In this document: positions 40,644-52,400 of the stretch, in pieces
Layout: every line of letters starts with the position of its first letter
Numbering within the stretch: the first letter of the stretch is position 1
Virus record (IMG/VR): IMGVR_UViG_3300002835_000040
From: an uncultured virus (IMG/VR IMGVR_UViG_3300002835_000040)
Taxonomy: Duplodnaviria; Heunggongvirae; Uroviricota; Caudoviricetes
Length of the DNA stretch: 64,000 bases
Reading direction: 5' to 3' (one strand)
The notes under the pieces: model-generated
Databases searched by the model: none
What the model saw: the letters and a program-made list of their open reading frames with translations, nothing else
Told to the model about the DNA's origin: nothing
Made by a program: the position numbers and the translations under genes

Positions 40644-42014
40644 TTATACTGTTGTTTGTTTTCTTTTCTCCATAATTTCTTTAATTCTACTTCTATTTCT
40701 TTCTTCCTTCTGTTCTTCAAGTCCTAAGAATGTTGTAGTACTTTCTGTATCAATTTCTAACATTTCGTTATTGAACTTACAGTTTTCAAATACCACCCCG
40801 TCTTTACCAATTCTTGACTTTGTGATAGCAATCGTCGCAAGATTTAATTCTTTTTGTTGTAGTGACTTGGCTACCGTGATGATAACGTGTCCTACCTGAG
40901 CTTTCTTAATAGAACCACCCATTTGGTCAGTTGTAACCACATCAGATGAAATAGAACTTCTATTACCCTGTGTTGCCGTCCAACCGGCAATATCCAATTC
41001 ATGACACATTGACTCAAATGCTCTCATAACTGAACCTTCAGATTTCCATTCATCGTCCATCATCTTTTCAGGTGTTACACAATCAATATAATCCAAAATA
41101 ACAACATCAATCCTTGTCCCGTCAGCAATCATCTTTCTAATCTGATTTTTAATCTGATTCATCGTTAATGTATCCGAAGGTAACTTTTTCATAATCAACT
41201 TGTTTGGCATGGTTTCTTTAATCTCAGCGATTTTAGCCATAACCTTTTCTTTATGATTACCAAGTTCGTCAGGTGCTATACCCGTCCAACACGTAAAATG
41301 TTTTCTCTGAATGATTTTATAGTTATCCTCAAAGAAGATTTGTAAAACATTAAACCCTAAATTAAAAGCGTGATTAGCAATCTTTGTGGTCAGTGTTGAT
41401 TTACCAACACCAGTGGGTGCTAATATAACACCAATTTCTCCTTTTGCCAAACCACCTTTCAAAAGATTGTCAATACCCGGTATTCCCATAGGGATTGGAT
41501 GTCTATAATCATCCGCTAATACCTCATCTAAGTCTTGAAACACATCTCCCGTTCCTCTATCCACGTTTCCAACCTGTAAAGCTCCTCTAACCATTTCTTC
41601 CAAGGTATCGTAGTTTTCAAACTCACCGTGGTCAATGATTTTCTTAGCTTTATCCATAACTTTTTGAAGTTCTTGTTGTTTACAAAACTTCAAAGCCTTT
41701 TCCTGAACAAACTGAGTACCCTCTTCGGTAACATTCTGTATATCAGAAATAGTGTCAAGAGTTATCTTTAATAATAACTCCTGACTAATTTCACTCTTAG
41801 CTTTTTGTTGAATTGTCTCAAAACTAGGACTGTGTTCAAACTTTGAATAGTATTCTTTTACCATCTGAACAAATAATCTAAAGTATTTGTTTTCAAAATA
41901 AGTAGATTCTATCACCTCAATAATTGAGTGTGAAAAATCCTTATCAAGTATCATTTGATTAAGAAGTTGTAATTGGAAGGTCTCTCCCAAATAGTCAAAA
42001 TTTTTGTCAGCCAT
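40644..42014 (-). CDS. dnaB: Replicative DNA helicase (DnaB / T4 gp41-like)
   Basis: GGLAKGEIGVILAPTGVGKS (Walker A), VILDYID, WTATQGNR, ITKSRIG. Confidence 0.9.
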   Translation of the reverse strand: MADKNFDYLGETFQLQLLNQMILDKDFSHSIIEVIESTYFENKYFRLFVQMVKEYYSKFEHSPSFETIQQKAKSEISQELLLKITLDTISDIQNVTEEGTQFVQEKALKFCKQQELQKVMDKAKKIIDHGEFENYDTLEEMVRGALQVGNVDRGTGDVFQDLDEVLADDYRHPIPMGIPGIDNLLKGGLAKGEIGVILAPTGVGKSTLTTKIANHAFNLGFNVLQIFFEDNYKIIQRKHFTCWTGIAPDELGNHKEKVMAKIAEIKETMPNKLIMKKLPSDTLTMNQIKNQIRKMIADGTRIDVVILDYIDCVTPEKMMDDEWKSEGSVMRAFESMCHELDIAGWTATQGNRSSISSDVVTTDQMGGSIKKAQVGHVIITVAKSLQQKELNLATIAITKSRIGKDGVVFENCKFNNEMLEIDTESTTTFLGLEEQKEERNRSRIKEIMEKRKQTTV

Positions 42015-42039
42015 ATTATGTTTGTTTTTAGAATAAATA

Positions 42040-42492
42040 TCAACGAGCCAGCTGATAACCCATGTATTCGTGTGTTAAATTTCTAGATGACAACACGTCA
42101 GTAAGACCAAAAAGGATACCTTTTAGGAACGGGCGTATGTCTACGGTGTATCTCACCTTCGGTGGATAAAGTTTAGCATCAAACGTATAATGACACATTG
42201 TCGTATCACCATTTTTGATATAGATGTTAAACGACTCAGGTCCATCAGTGAATGATGTGTTCAATACCTCAGGGTCTTCACTAATCTGATATTGATTGTC
42301 CAACATGTAGTTTACAGTTTTCATCTTGAAATTTTCTTTCAATTCTGAAATGAAACCATCCATCAAATCAATCAACTCAGCCGAGTTGTGAGCCTTTGGG
42401 CTATACCCCTTAACGTTAAAAAAACGTTGTACGATAAAATTGTTGTTTACCGTCATCAAGAATTCCAGTTTGGTAATGTCTTGTTCTTTCAT
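42040..42492 (-). CDS. Hypothetical protein in replication block
   Basis: 150-aa ORF between the exonuclease and the helicase. Confidence 0.7.
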   Translation of the reverse strand: MKEQDITKLEFLMTVNNNFIVQRFFNVKGYSPKAHNSAELIDLMDGFISELKENFKMKTVNYMLDNQYQISEDPEVLNTSFTDGPESFNIYIKNGDTTMCHYTFDAKLYPPKVRYTVDIRPFLKGILFGLTDVLSSRNLTHEYMGYQLAR

Positions 42493-42500
42493 AATTTATG

Positions 42501-43505
42501 TTATTTTTTGTTTGTTTTTGTTTTTTCTTTTCTTGTTAACTTCATGAATGGTTGGATGAAGTATGTCCATGAGTCGTCACCCTTTGGTAGGTATTTAAAC
42601 AACCCGTCTTGAACCATATACTTAATTAAGTTCTTGTAACTTCTACCTTCAATATCTAATTTTTCGGTAACAATTGATAGTATTTCTTCTTTGTCTTCAT
42701 CCCTCAATAAAGGATTAGATAAGTCAACAATCTGTTCATTAACTTGGAAAAATTCTTTTTCAAAAATACCTGATTTTGTTTTACCTGTTAAAAGATTCTT
42801 TAGAGTTTGATTGTCTTTTTGTTCTTTTAACAAATCTTCAGCTCTTGTTAAAATATCGTTATAAGAAACTTCTTTTTCAAGTATCTCAGGAAAAAATTTA
42901 ACTAAAGTTTTTTCACCCAAAAGATAGATACCTTCAATATTATCTGATTTATCACCAGTTAATATCTTTAAAGTTTTTACGTTATAGTGTGGGAACTCAA
43001 AGTCATCAAATTTAATTCTATCTCCGTGTTTAAACGTAGCTTTAACTGATGGTGAGTATATGGACACGTTTTCGGAAATAAGTTGTGTTAAATCTCTGTC
43101 TGATGAAAAAATAAGTTTATCTTCATTTTCAGATACTTGACAATAATAAGCAATTAAATCGTCGGCTTCTCTACCACTAATCTCTAATTGTCTTATATAG
43201 ACTTCTTCCAAATATTGTTTGATACGATTTTTTTGTTTTAAGTAGGACATAAAGATTGCGTCCTCCATAACCAATCGTCGGTTTTGTTTGTATTTGGGAT
43301 AAAGAATTCCACGTAAACTCGTGGAATCTTCACCATCCCATAATACTACTACCTTGTCAAAGTTTTGTTCATTTATGAATTTACGTAAAGTATTCATAAA
43401 ATGATACAAAGCTCCAATGTGTTCTCCATTGTGGAAGTAATCCTTCACACCATGAAACCCAATTTTCATCAGATTGTTTCCGTCAACAAGTAGTGTTTTT
43501 TTCAC
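42501..43505 (-). CDS. 5'-3' exonuclease / flap endonuclease (PolA N-terminal, T4 RNase H-like)
   Basis: LLVDGNNL, YPKYKQNR, EADDLIA, SSDRDLTQL, GDKSDNIEGI..GEKT. Confidence 0.92.
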   Translation of the reverse strand: MKKTLLVDGNNLMKIGFHGVKDYFHNGEHIGALYHFMNTLRKFINEQNFDKVVVLWDGEDSTSLRGILYPKYKQNRRLVMEDAIFMSYLKQKNRIKQYLEEVYIRQLEISGREADDLIAYYCQVSENEDKLIFSSDRDLTQLISENVSIYSPSVKATFKHGDRIKFDDFEFPHYNVKTLKILTGDKSDNIEGIYLLGEKTLVKFFPEILEKEVSYNDILTRAEDLLKEQKDNQTLKNLLTGKTKSGIFEKEFFQVNEQIVDLSNPLLRDEDKEEILSIVTEKLDIEGRSYKNLIKYMVQDGLFKYLPKGDDSWTYFIQPFMKLTRKEKTKTNKK

Positions 43506-43514
43506 GAACTAAAA

Positions 43515-44507
43515 TTAAAATTGTTCGTTTGTAAAAGTTTCTTCAGTCTCGTCAAGAGTTATTTCGCCTGTCCCTGTAAGGATTGCGTTCCAATATTGTG
43601 AATACTCTTTCTTATATGTTTCAAGAGCATCTTTATCGTCAGCGATATATCCTTGAGCAGTTGCGATAATCTTACCATCTTTATATCCTAATCCGTTAAT
43701 ATGGTTCTTTAGGACAGAAATTTTTGTTCTGATAGCGTAAGATACCGTTCTACCATTTTTAGTGGCAGTAATGTGATTAATACCCGCATTTTTCTGATTA
43801 CCAAACAAGAATACAAGAGCTGATGCTAACCAAAGGGCTTCACCACCTTTTGCTTTAATTGTTGGTTGTCCAAATGGATTATCAGGTAATTCAACCCAAG
43901 GTTGATTAACTACCACCATTGTGTTTGTATATGGGAAATCTTCTTTACGAGATTTAGTAATCCGAGCTTGAATACCCATACCAATCTTATCCGCTAATAC
44001 AGATGCGTTATGTTGTTTACCACCTTTACCGTCAAATGTCATCTTACAAGGAACTGAACCAACTGAATCCCAAAGGAAACAAAGAGAATAAGGAATATTA
44101 CCTTTTTCTTGTTCGTCTAATAGTTCGTTAATGTAATCTGTAACTTGTTCAATGTAGTCAAAGTTATCGTTAAAGATGAATTGACCATCCCATTCACCAT
44201 CAACCATTTTAGCTTCAAGACCAAGTTCTACTGCATGGTCCCAACTCCATTTTTTCTCGGTGATAATAAAAACAGGCAAATGCCCCTTCTTCTGTACAGA
44301 CACAGCGGCTTTGACAAGCGCGGTCGTTTTTGAAGAGTTCGAGTGACCCAAGAACATGTTGATGTTACCCAAAGCAGGACCAGGTAAACCGCAACTATTA
44401 TGGAAAGCTTCACCGACCTCATAAAAGTCTGTTTCTTTATATTTTGTCTTGGTTGAATATTTGTCTTTGATTGCATCTAATGAAAATTCTTTTTTCTTTA
44501 TTGCCAT
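43515..44507 (-). CDS. recA: RecA/UvsX-like recombinase
   Basis: GLPG...FLGHSNSSKTT (variant Walker A), FIITE, LWDSVG (Walker B), VVVNQ, KGGEAL, KNHI. Confidence 0.85.
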   Translation of the reverse strand: MAIKKKEFSLDAIKDKYSTKTKYKETDFYEVGEAFHNSCGLPGPALGNINMFLGHSNSSKTTALVKAAVSVQKKGHLPVFIITEKKWSWDHAVELGLEAKMVDGEWDGQFIFNDNFDYIEQVTDYINELLDEQEKGNIPYSLCFLWDSVGSVPCKMTFDGKGGKQHNASVLADKIGMGIQARITKSRKEDFPYTNTMVVVNQPWVELPDNPFGQPTIKAKGGEALWLASALVFLFGNQKNAGINHITATKNGRTVSYAIRTKISVLKNHINGLGYKDGKIIATAQGYIADDKDALETYKKEYSQYWNAILTGTGEITLDETEETFTNEQF

Positions 44508-44547
44508 AAATGTCTATGATTTAATTTGTTTGTTGTTTAAAAATAGC

Positions 44548-44586
44548 AAAGGTTGGACACTTTGTGTATGTTAGTGTCCAACCTTT
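44548..44586 (-). terminator. Perfect 14-bp hairpin downstream of the SSB gene (terminator or processing/stability element)
   Basis: AAAGGTTGGACACT-N11-AGTGTCCAACCTTT. Confidence 0.6.
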
Positions 44587-44592
44587 TATAAA

Positions 44593-45432
44593 TTAAAATG
44601 GTAAATCACCATCTGGTTCTGCTTCTGCCTGTGGGTCAACATATGCCCCACCGATAGTACCTTCGTCAGATGAACTATCACCATAAACGTATTTACCTAA
44701 ATCAGATGACCATCTTGGAGTTTCTCCACGAGCAATTGCTTCCAAATACTCAACAGGTTTCTTAGAGTAAACATCCATCCAAGTAAGTGGGTCTTCAGTC
44801 CAAGCCTTAGCCGTTTCAGCATCTGCGTGAACAGGTGTTGGGTCATCATGCATAACAGTCTGAATAACCGTGTAAGTAGCACCTTTTGGTGTCTTCGCCT
44901 TTGTCAATTCTATGATAAGGTCACGACCATTAACAGGGTCTGTGATATCACCTTTAGCTTTCCAAATCGGAATAATTTTATCAAGGATACCTTCGTTCTT
45001 GTAATTGTGTTTAAAACGCCAAAACTTAACTCCGTCAGCTTCGTTATCACGGTCAACCACTTTAACGATATAGAATTTACGTGGCTTATACGCCTTTGCA
45101 AGTTCTTTATCAGACTCTTTACCTGTTGACATTAATTCGTCATGAATTTCAGTCAAAGGTGAACGCTCGTTGTCGTTCTTTCCTGGGTCATAGATTTTAT
45201 TCCATTTACCCTCAACTTGTACTTCGTGGTACCATACTTCTTTGAAGGGTGATGACCCGTCAGGTGTAGGTAGAATACGAAGACGTTTCTGTCCTGAGTT
45301 CTCATTTTGCATCAAGATTGCTGCAAAATATTTTTTCATTCTGTCTTCTTGAGACATTTTGTTTGCAGAGTTACCTCCACTTTTCGCTTTTTCATACTGT
45401 GCGAGTACAGCATCTAGGGAATTTGTCGCCAT
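44593..45432 (-). CDS. Single-stranded DNA-binding protein, T4 gp32-like
   Basis: RLRILP...PFKEVWYH, ITDPVNGRDLII, acidic tail ending DGDLPF. Adjacent to the recombinase. Confidence 0.8.
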   Translation of the reverse strand: MATNSLDAVLAQYEKAKSGGNSANKMSQEDRMKKYFAAILMQNENSGQKRLRILPTPDGSSPFKEVWYHEVQVEGKWNKIYDPGKNDNERSPLTEIHDELMSTGKESDKELAKAYKPRKFYIVKVVDRDNEADGVKFWRFKHNYKNEGILDKIIPIWKAKGDITDPVNGRDLIIELTKAKTPKGATYTVIQTVMHDDPTPVHADAETAKAWTEDPLTWMDVYSKKPVEYLEAIARGETPRWSSDLGKYVYGDSSSDEGTIGGAYVDPQAEAEPDGDLPF

Positions 45433-45461
45433 TTTGTGTGTATAATTTATTAGTTAATATT

Positions 45462-45493
45462 CAAGTATAAGTGTGTCAGCCGTAATAGTCAAA
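45462..45493 (-). promoter_or_regulatory. Host-RNAP-type promoter at the head of the replication block
   Basis: Minus strand TTGACT-N17-TATACT (45492-45464). The same bases read TTTG-N20-TATACTTG, one mismatch from the Bacteroidota -33/-7 consensus. Confidence 0.65.
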
Positions 45494-45501
45494 TTCGAAA
45501 T

Positions 45502-46182
45502 TTAGAATTTCAAAGGTTTGTAACCATTCTCTTCTCCAAAATCGTTAAATGTAGTTTTAATTTCTGATGGTGTATAACTTTCAACTTCATCAGTTGTTAA
45601 AACATATTCATTTTTTCCTGATTTTTCCATATCTTGTTCTTTATCTATAAAGAAATCCGATAATTTTTGATTGTATGGTCCTGAGTCTAAACTTCTCAAT
45701 TCAAGTTTTTCTTGTGGAGTTTTTTCTCTGTATTTTTCAATCTTAGATTCAATATCATTTAATTTTGTAAAAATACCTTCCATATCTTTTAATTTACTTT
45801 CTAAACCATTTAACTGATTAAAAAGATTATTAAAGTATTCTTCTTGTTTTGTTTCAATATTTTGTTGTGACTTTACTAAATCAGTAATTTCCAATTCTTC
45901 AGTTCCTGTTTCTTCAGAACCTTCATCCCCAACTTTTTCAACATCAGGGTCATTCTCAACATCAATAGGTTCAGGTTCGGTTGACGCTGGAGGTGTTGTA
46001 CCCGCAACATCTGCCTCTCCACCAGGCGCTGGAGGTGGTGGTGGTACCGCACCTGGTTCAGGAGTTGCTAATGGGTCATCACCAGGAGCCGGAATTGTTG
46101 TCCCCGCATCTTGTTCTAAAATATAATTATTAATTTTATTATATCTTCTTAACTCTTCTATAATTGTTTGTGATATTGCCAT
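45502..46182 (-). CDS. Hypothetical acidic/Pro-rich coiled-coil protein
   Basis: 226 aa with a PPPPPAP tract and a heptad-like segment. Confidence 0.7.
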   Translation of the reverse strand: MAISQTIIEELRRYNKINNYILEQDAGTTIPAPGDDPLATPEPGAVPPPPPAPGGEADVAGTTPPASTEPEPIDVENDPDVEKVGDEGSEETGTEELEITDLVKSQQNIETKQEEYFNNLFNQLNGLESKLKDMEGIFTKLNDIESKIEKYREKTPQEKLELRSLDSGPYNQKLSDFFIDKEQDMEKSGKNEYVLTTDEVESYTPSEIKTTFNDFGEENGYKPLKF

Positions 46183-46183
46183 T

Positions 46184-46408
46184 TTAACCGTTTAATAATT
46201 GTTTGAAACCTTGTGTTGTTTCTACGTTTATTTTTTTATTAGTATGAAGAGTATTATTAACTCTTTCAATTAATCCATCTTTCATTCTGATTGTATAACA
46301 ATCACCAGTATCTAAATCACAAACTTCTTTGAAACCATTTCCTTTATCTGTTTCAGTTATTCTTGTGCTTTTTCCAAGATATCTGTCTAAAATTTCTTTA
46401 GTGCCCAT
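46184..46408 (-). CDS. Small hypothetical protein
   Basis: 74 aa, EVCDLDTGDCY. Upstream TATTTATA motif and 1-nt spacer to the next gene. Confidence 0.65.
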   Translation of the reverse strand: MGTKEILDRYLGKSTRITETDKGNGFKEVCDLDTGDCYTIRMKDGLIERVNNTLHTNKKINVETTQGFKQLLNG

Positions 46409-46437
46409 AATTGTTTTTTATTATAAATATATCTCTG

Positions 46438-49400
46438 TTATAAAGAGTTCAATTCTGTGTCAAAATACTTCTTAATAGTGTCTTGTAATTTATCCAATTC
46501 AGTTTTATTAGTTTCTTTAAATTTGTCATAATCAATGTCAGTCTGATATGGGAAATATTTTAAATAACATTTAGCAAATTCTTTTGCGTATTCCACAGAA
46601 TTTGCAAAGTTTAAAACTTCATTTTTAAATAACCTACCAAATCTAGAATTTAATAATTTTACACTATTTTCAGGAGTATTAAAAACAAAATAAGGTTGAC
46701 TTACACTATTAATCTCTAAACAAATATATAATTTATCAACAATATATTGTTTATTAGTTCCACCAATAATATCAGTACTTACAGGTATATTGGCTAAATT
46801 ATTATTATAAACTTTTAATCCAGTTCCGCTATCATTTTCTAAAAGTATTAAAGTATAAATTAATTTTTTTCTTTCATTATCACTTACATATTCATTAATA
46901 TAAGCTACTATTTCAGAATAAGTTAGTGTTGTTGTTGTTGTTGAGGTTAACACATATTCACTAAATGTTGCACCTGAAGGTTCACAATTAGCGGTTGATG
47001 GGTTGGCCTGATTATTAATATTTTCAATAGCTATTGCCGAAATTTCAGTTTGTGTTCTATTAGGCAATGGGCTAATAGTATTTTGAGATGTTTTACTCTG
47101 TTGTACTATATTTTGTAAAAGTTCTCTTTTAATTGTTTGTAACAATTGGTCAACAGTCGGTAAAGTAAATACACTCATTCTTGTGCCAGTAAATGTTGTC
47201 TCAAAATTACCACTACTTATTGAGTGTGAAACACTTGTAATTAAATACGTACCACCAAATAAAGGCATATTTCTTAATATAAAATACATACTTGGTTGTA
47301 TCATAACATTACCAAACGAATTAACTGACGCTTCATAACTTCTTAATTTATATAAATTATATAATGATACGTTTTGTGTCGATGTTGTTGTTCCATTCGC
47401 TAAATTAGCCATTTCAAATTCTCGATATAACGATTCACTTGTTGGTTTACCTAAATCTTGTGATACTGAAACATTTTTAAATATACTTTGATTTTGAAGA
47501 CCAAAGTCAACCGAAAATCCTACTACTTTATTAGATAAACCACAAACCTTATTACCTGTTGAACTATCAACCAATGGTTGTTGAGCAGCTCTTTTTAAAT
47601 CAAAACCGTCATTATTATAACCATTTGCGGTATCAGGATTTTCCAATTGTTTTGACGCTTGGTCAACATACATACAAACATATTTAGTTTTTGTTTGTTG
47701 ATAATCAACATTTGTAAAAGTACCAAAAAGAGAATTCGCAAAACTAACTGGTTCACCACTTGGTGGTTCACAGTCAATAGACGGGTCATTAATACCATAA
47801 AAATTTATGTAACCAGGAATAATAAAAGGCGTAAAATGGTGTTGAATTAAAATACTATCTATTATCGCATTAACAGGACCATCAATTGTTTTTAATAAAT
47901 CTTTAACTTTAAAAACATCAACATAAATTTTATCCCCAATATCTCTGTTTGCTCTATCTAAAAATAAAAAATCTTCAAATAAAGTTTCAGAATTATAATT
48001 ATGTCCAGCAATCCAAGTGTCATTCATTGCCTTAAATTTCTCATATTTCTCAACTTTTGATTGTAAACCATCAATATTCGATTGTTGCGTACTATAAGGA
48101 TTTATTTTTTGTACGGATGGTAAACTTTTTGATATTTGTATGAATGTTTGATTAAATAAACTAGATAATTCACTGTCAAAAGTTGTTAAAATAGAATCAA
48201 TTGTTGTTTTAAAACTTGTACTATCAAAAACACCATTTGTATATTGTTGTAATTTTTTAGTCGCGAAAACTTTAATTACATTTTGATAATAAATAATGTT
48301 ACTACTTGTAAACTCAATATTCATCGTTGGAAAAAAATCGGTTATAAATGACCCGTCATCACTATAAATTAATTGGGATATCGTTGAGAACCCAACATAC
48401 AGTTCTAAAGTTTTCCAAGCTTCGGGATATAATAATTGTGAATCCGCTAATGTAATTGTTCCTCCCGATGTTGGTAATGAATTATTAATATAACCACCTG
48501 GTGGTATTGTATTTAACAATGGGTTTGATGAAACACTACTAAAAATTCTTTTATCGTATTTTTTAGGATTACCAATTGATATTAGTTTATTATAACTAAT
48601 ATGTGAATTTAAAATAATAGATTGTTGAGTTATCTGATTCTCACGTATCAAATTAATATTTGCCACCGTTGAGTTATCAGGATTTTTATCCGTGGTAAGT
48701 ATATTTTTAATTACATTATAAAATTTTTCTTTTTCGGTGTCTTTATTTGGTGATTTTGCGTAATTCAAAAAAACACTTTCAATCATATCTAATTCATCTT
48801 TTGAAAATACTGAAAAAATTTCTTCAATTGAATCGTACTCATCTTCAGCAAATAATTCAAAAGGTGTTTGTATTGCGATACTTCCAATATATATTCTTTT
48901 TAAATATTTGTCAGGGGGATTAATTATAAATTGTGTAGTATCAAAGTAACCATAGTTAGGTCCTCCCCACAATAACCTAACACTACCATTATACATACTA
49001 TTATTATTAATTAATGAATTTCGAACAAAAGGAAGACCTGATGAATTATCAATCATTTCAGCAACTAATTGATTACTTGTTGCGGATGTTTCAGTATCAT
49101 ATATTCCAAATGATGGAGTAATAACATATTTATTCGCTTGTATATCTTTAACTAATACACTCAGGCTACTGATTTTAACCATCTTAGTACTACCAGGTGT
49201 TGTAACAATATCAAAACCAACTGTTGTTCCTGAACTATCTAAAATCCAAATATTTTTTGATGTAATCGCATCATTAATTTTATTCTGAATATCAATTGTT
49301 GTATCTGCGGATAAAAATAAATTAACACCATTAACTAAATAATAAAAATCATTTATTAATTTTGGATAAAATCCTAAAGTGAAACCTTGTGAAGAAGGTT

Positions 49401-52400
49401 CATCTTGTTGTAAAACGATTGTATTGTTTTGGATAATATATGGAGTATTTACCTGACCATTAACTGGGTCATAGTTATTAGCGTAATCAAAATTATTCCA
49501 AACATTTGATAGGATATCAACACCATTTTCTTTCCAATTTTTATATCTATACCATATAGAACCAAGTTTTGCAATCCATGGTAATGGTAATGCGTGAATA
49601 CCTGAATATTTTTTTAACGTTGTTGATACGAAATCTTGTTTTTTAGTTACTCCACCCGCCAAAATATTAGCCAAGTCATTAAATACATATCTTTCTCTTG
49701 TTGTGGTTAAAGGTAAACTGTTCAAAAATAAATAAGACGCACTTATATATGGGTGGTCAGAACCACTTCTTTCATTTTCAATACCTTCCTGTATAGCGTT
49801 AATAAAATATGGAGTATTTAGGATTGATGTTGTTTGAGATTGTGTCAACTGTGAGTTTGTGCAAGTAATTTTACCTTCAGTAAAAATATATTTATCAACA
49901 GTCCTATTTGTATAAAAGGTATTTAAATTTACTTCTGATGAAATAATTTTATTACTTGTAATTTTTAAATCAACAATTGGTAAATTAGGTAAACTACCAT
50001 TATACCCCAATGGTCCAATAGCTTCATTTACATCATAATTCGCAATTTTTTTATTATACGTATTATAAAATAGTGAAGATTCGGTACTGTATATTAAGTA
50101 TTTATTTAAAATTACGCCGTTTTCTAAGTTATTTTGACACCATGTTAAATCAACAAATGGATATATATCCAAAGAATTTGTTGCGTATGTAACATTTTTT
50201 AGGGTGTCCGATACTAAAGTAGTTAAGTTTGCACCAACTAATTGACTTTGTTCAGGTAAATCTTTATTTAAAATTTTAAAAGAATTATTAACTCTATCAA
50301 TTAGATATTGAGTAGTAAGAAACCCATTTGAATATTTTGCATAACTAACAGGGAAAGTAGATAGTAAATCATTAAATGTTGTTATAGTCCTGTAAGGTCC
50401 ATATTTAAGAATATTAATTATTTCTCCATTGTCATATCTGAGTGATTCGTTCATGTTAGCAAACTCAGTTTGACTTAAAAAAAGAAGAACATTATTAAAC
50501 CCTAAATCACCTGAAAATCCATTAAGAGTTACAATTAATTGTAATCTTTCCATAATTTCAAAAAAGAAATTAGGCATTTCCAAAACACTATATGGTATAT
50601 TTGATGGTATTGTATCAAAACCTGAAATTAAATTTCTTAAAATAACATTGGTATCTTCTTGAGGTTGTGGTGTGGTCGCCGGAATATCTCTCATAATAAA
50701 ACCTTTAACATATTCCTCAACAAACTCTACTTCAGGCCAAGCCTCATAATCATTTGCACCTGTTTGATTTATATAATTAGGGTCACCAGGATATTGTATT
50801 TCAAGTTTTTCAACGCCATCAATAGTTTTACCAACCAAATATTGTGGCCAAGGATAAACAATTGGAGCAACCTCATTTTCTTTTTTATCAAATCCTCCAA
50901 TACTTTGTTGTCTTTTTTTACTCTCTCTTTGATTAAACGCCTTTGTATGTACGTCTTCTAACAATAATAAATAAGCTTCTGCCGATGCCATAATTACCCC
51001 AATAATATTTCGTATTGTTGGTTGAAATCCTATACCTTTAGATGATTGTAACAATTCTCCAAGTTGTTCCGAAAGTTTTGTTTCTAATTCTTCTTTATAA
51101 GAATTTAATTTTTTTGTGATTTTTTGAATATATGCTGAAAATCCATTTTTACTTTCAACACTAAAAATAAAAGGAAATGATGTATCCGAATAAACAAGTA
51201 TATCAATTTCTAATTTTAATTCGTCTCTTTGGACATCAGTAAATGTTGTTCCCCCATATCTTTTAATTGCAGTTTTATCAATATCAAAATTATTAGTATC
51301 TAAAAAAGGTATTAAAGAATTTACAATATCTTCCTTCTTAATTGGGATACTATATAAACCTCCTGTATCCCCAAATGTTTGATTTTTATTAAGAATAGCA
51401 ACTTTATTTTCAATTATAGTTGTTAATTCGGTATATACTTTACTAAAATACGTTATGTCCGCAGTACCAGCAGAAAGATACGTATAAACATTAAAATTAT
51501 TAGTATCTTCTTTAACAACGAAAGGTTTTGATAAATCAAGATTTTTATTAAACCAAGAATCACTATATAAATAAATTTCAGAATTTAGTTGTTCTAATGT
51601 TTTTAAATATTTTTCATAATCAGTTAACGGATTTAATGAAACTTGTCCTAATTCCTCTAAACTTGTATTAATGAAATTTTCTAATCGAGTAATTAATGAT
51701 TGTATAGTTAACTCTGGAAAATTTTTATCTAATAAACCTTTTGATTTATATTTCTTATAAACCTCAACAATTTTATTATACCCTAAAAATGTTGTAGATT
51801 TTTTAAAATCTTGTGTGACATTATTATTAACTAAAGTCCCACTATTGTAATTATTAATTACATCTGTTTGATACATTTGAGGAACTGCATATAAATCAGT
51901 CATAAATATATCTTTTAAAACCGTAAAATTGTAAGCGGTTAATGATAAAGTTATTTCAAAATTTCCTGTTCCCGAATTAAACGCCCCATGAAATTTAGTA
52001 AGAAATAATTGATATCTAATTGCTTTACCATACCATCCTTTTAAAGTTAAATAAAATACAGGATAAGGTAAGTTAAAAAACGCAGAGTAAATCGAGTCGT
52101 TACCACTTTCAAATAAAGCTCTACCTCTAACATCTTCTAAGTTTATAGTAAATTCTGCAATATAAGCCTGATTAGCTTTATAACTAATTTGTGTTATACC
52201 TAATAACTCTCCATTAATTTCTTGTTGAGTTAAATCTTTGGATTGTAACTCAGTCCAATTAGTTGTTAAATAATCGTTACCTGTTGGTTTTAAAAAATTA
52301 ATCTTACCAAGGCCTATTGTCCTAAGTTGTGAATTGTTATTACCTCCAACAATTAATTTACTTCTTGGTTGTAAGTTACATTCCAAGTTAGCGTACATCA

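Noticed and set aside
37218..42014. Inteins or group I introns in nrdA, nrdB or helicase
   Set aside because: Lengths are ordinary and motifs are contiguous. No homing endonuclease or intein motifs were noticed.
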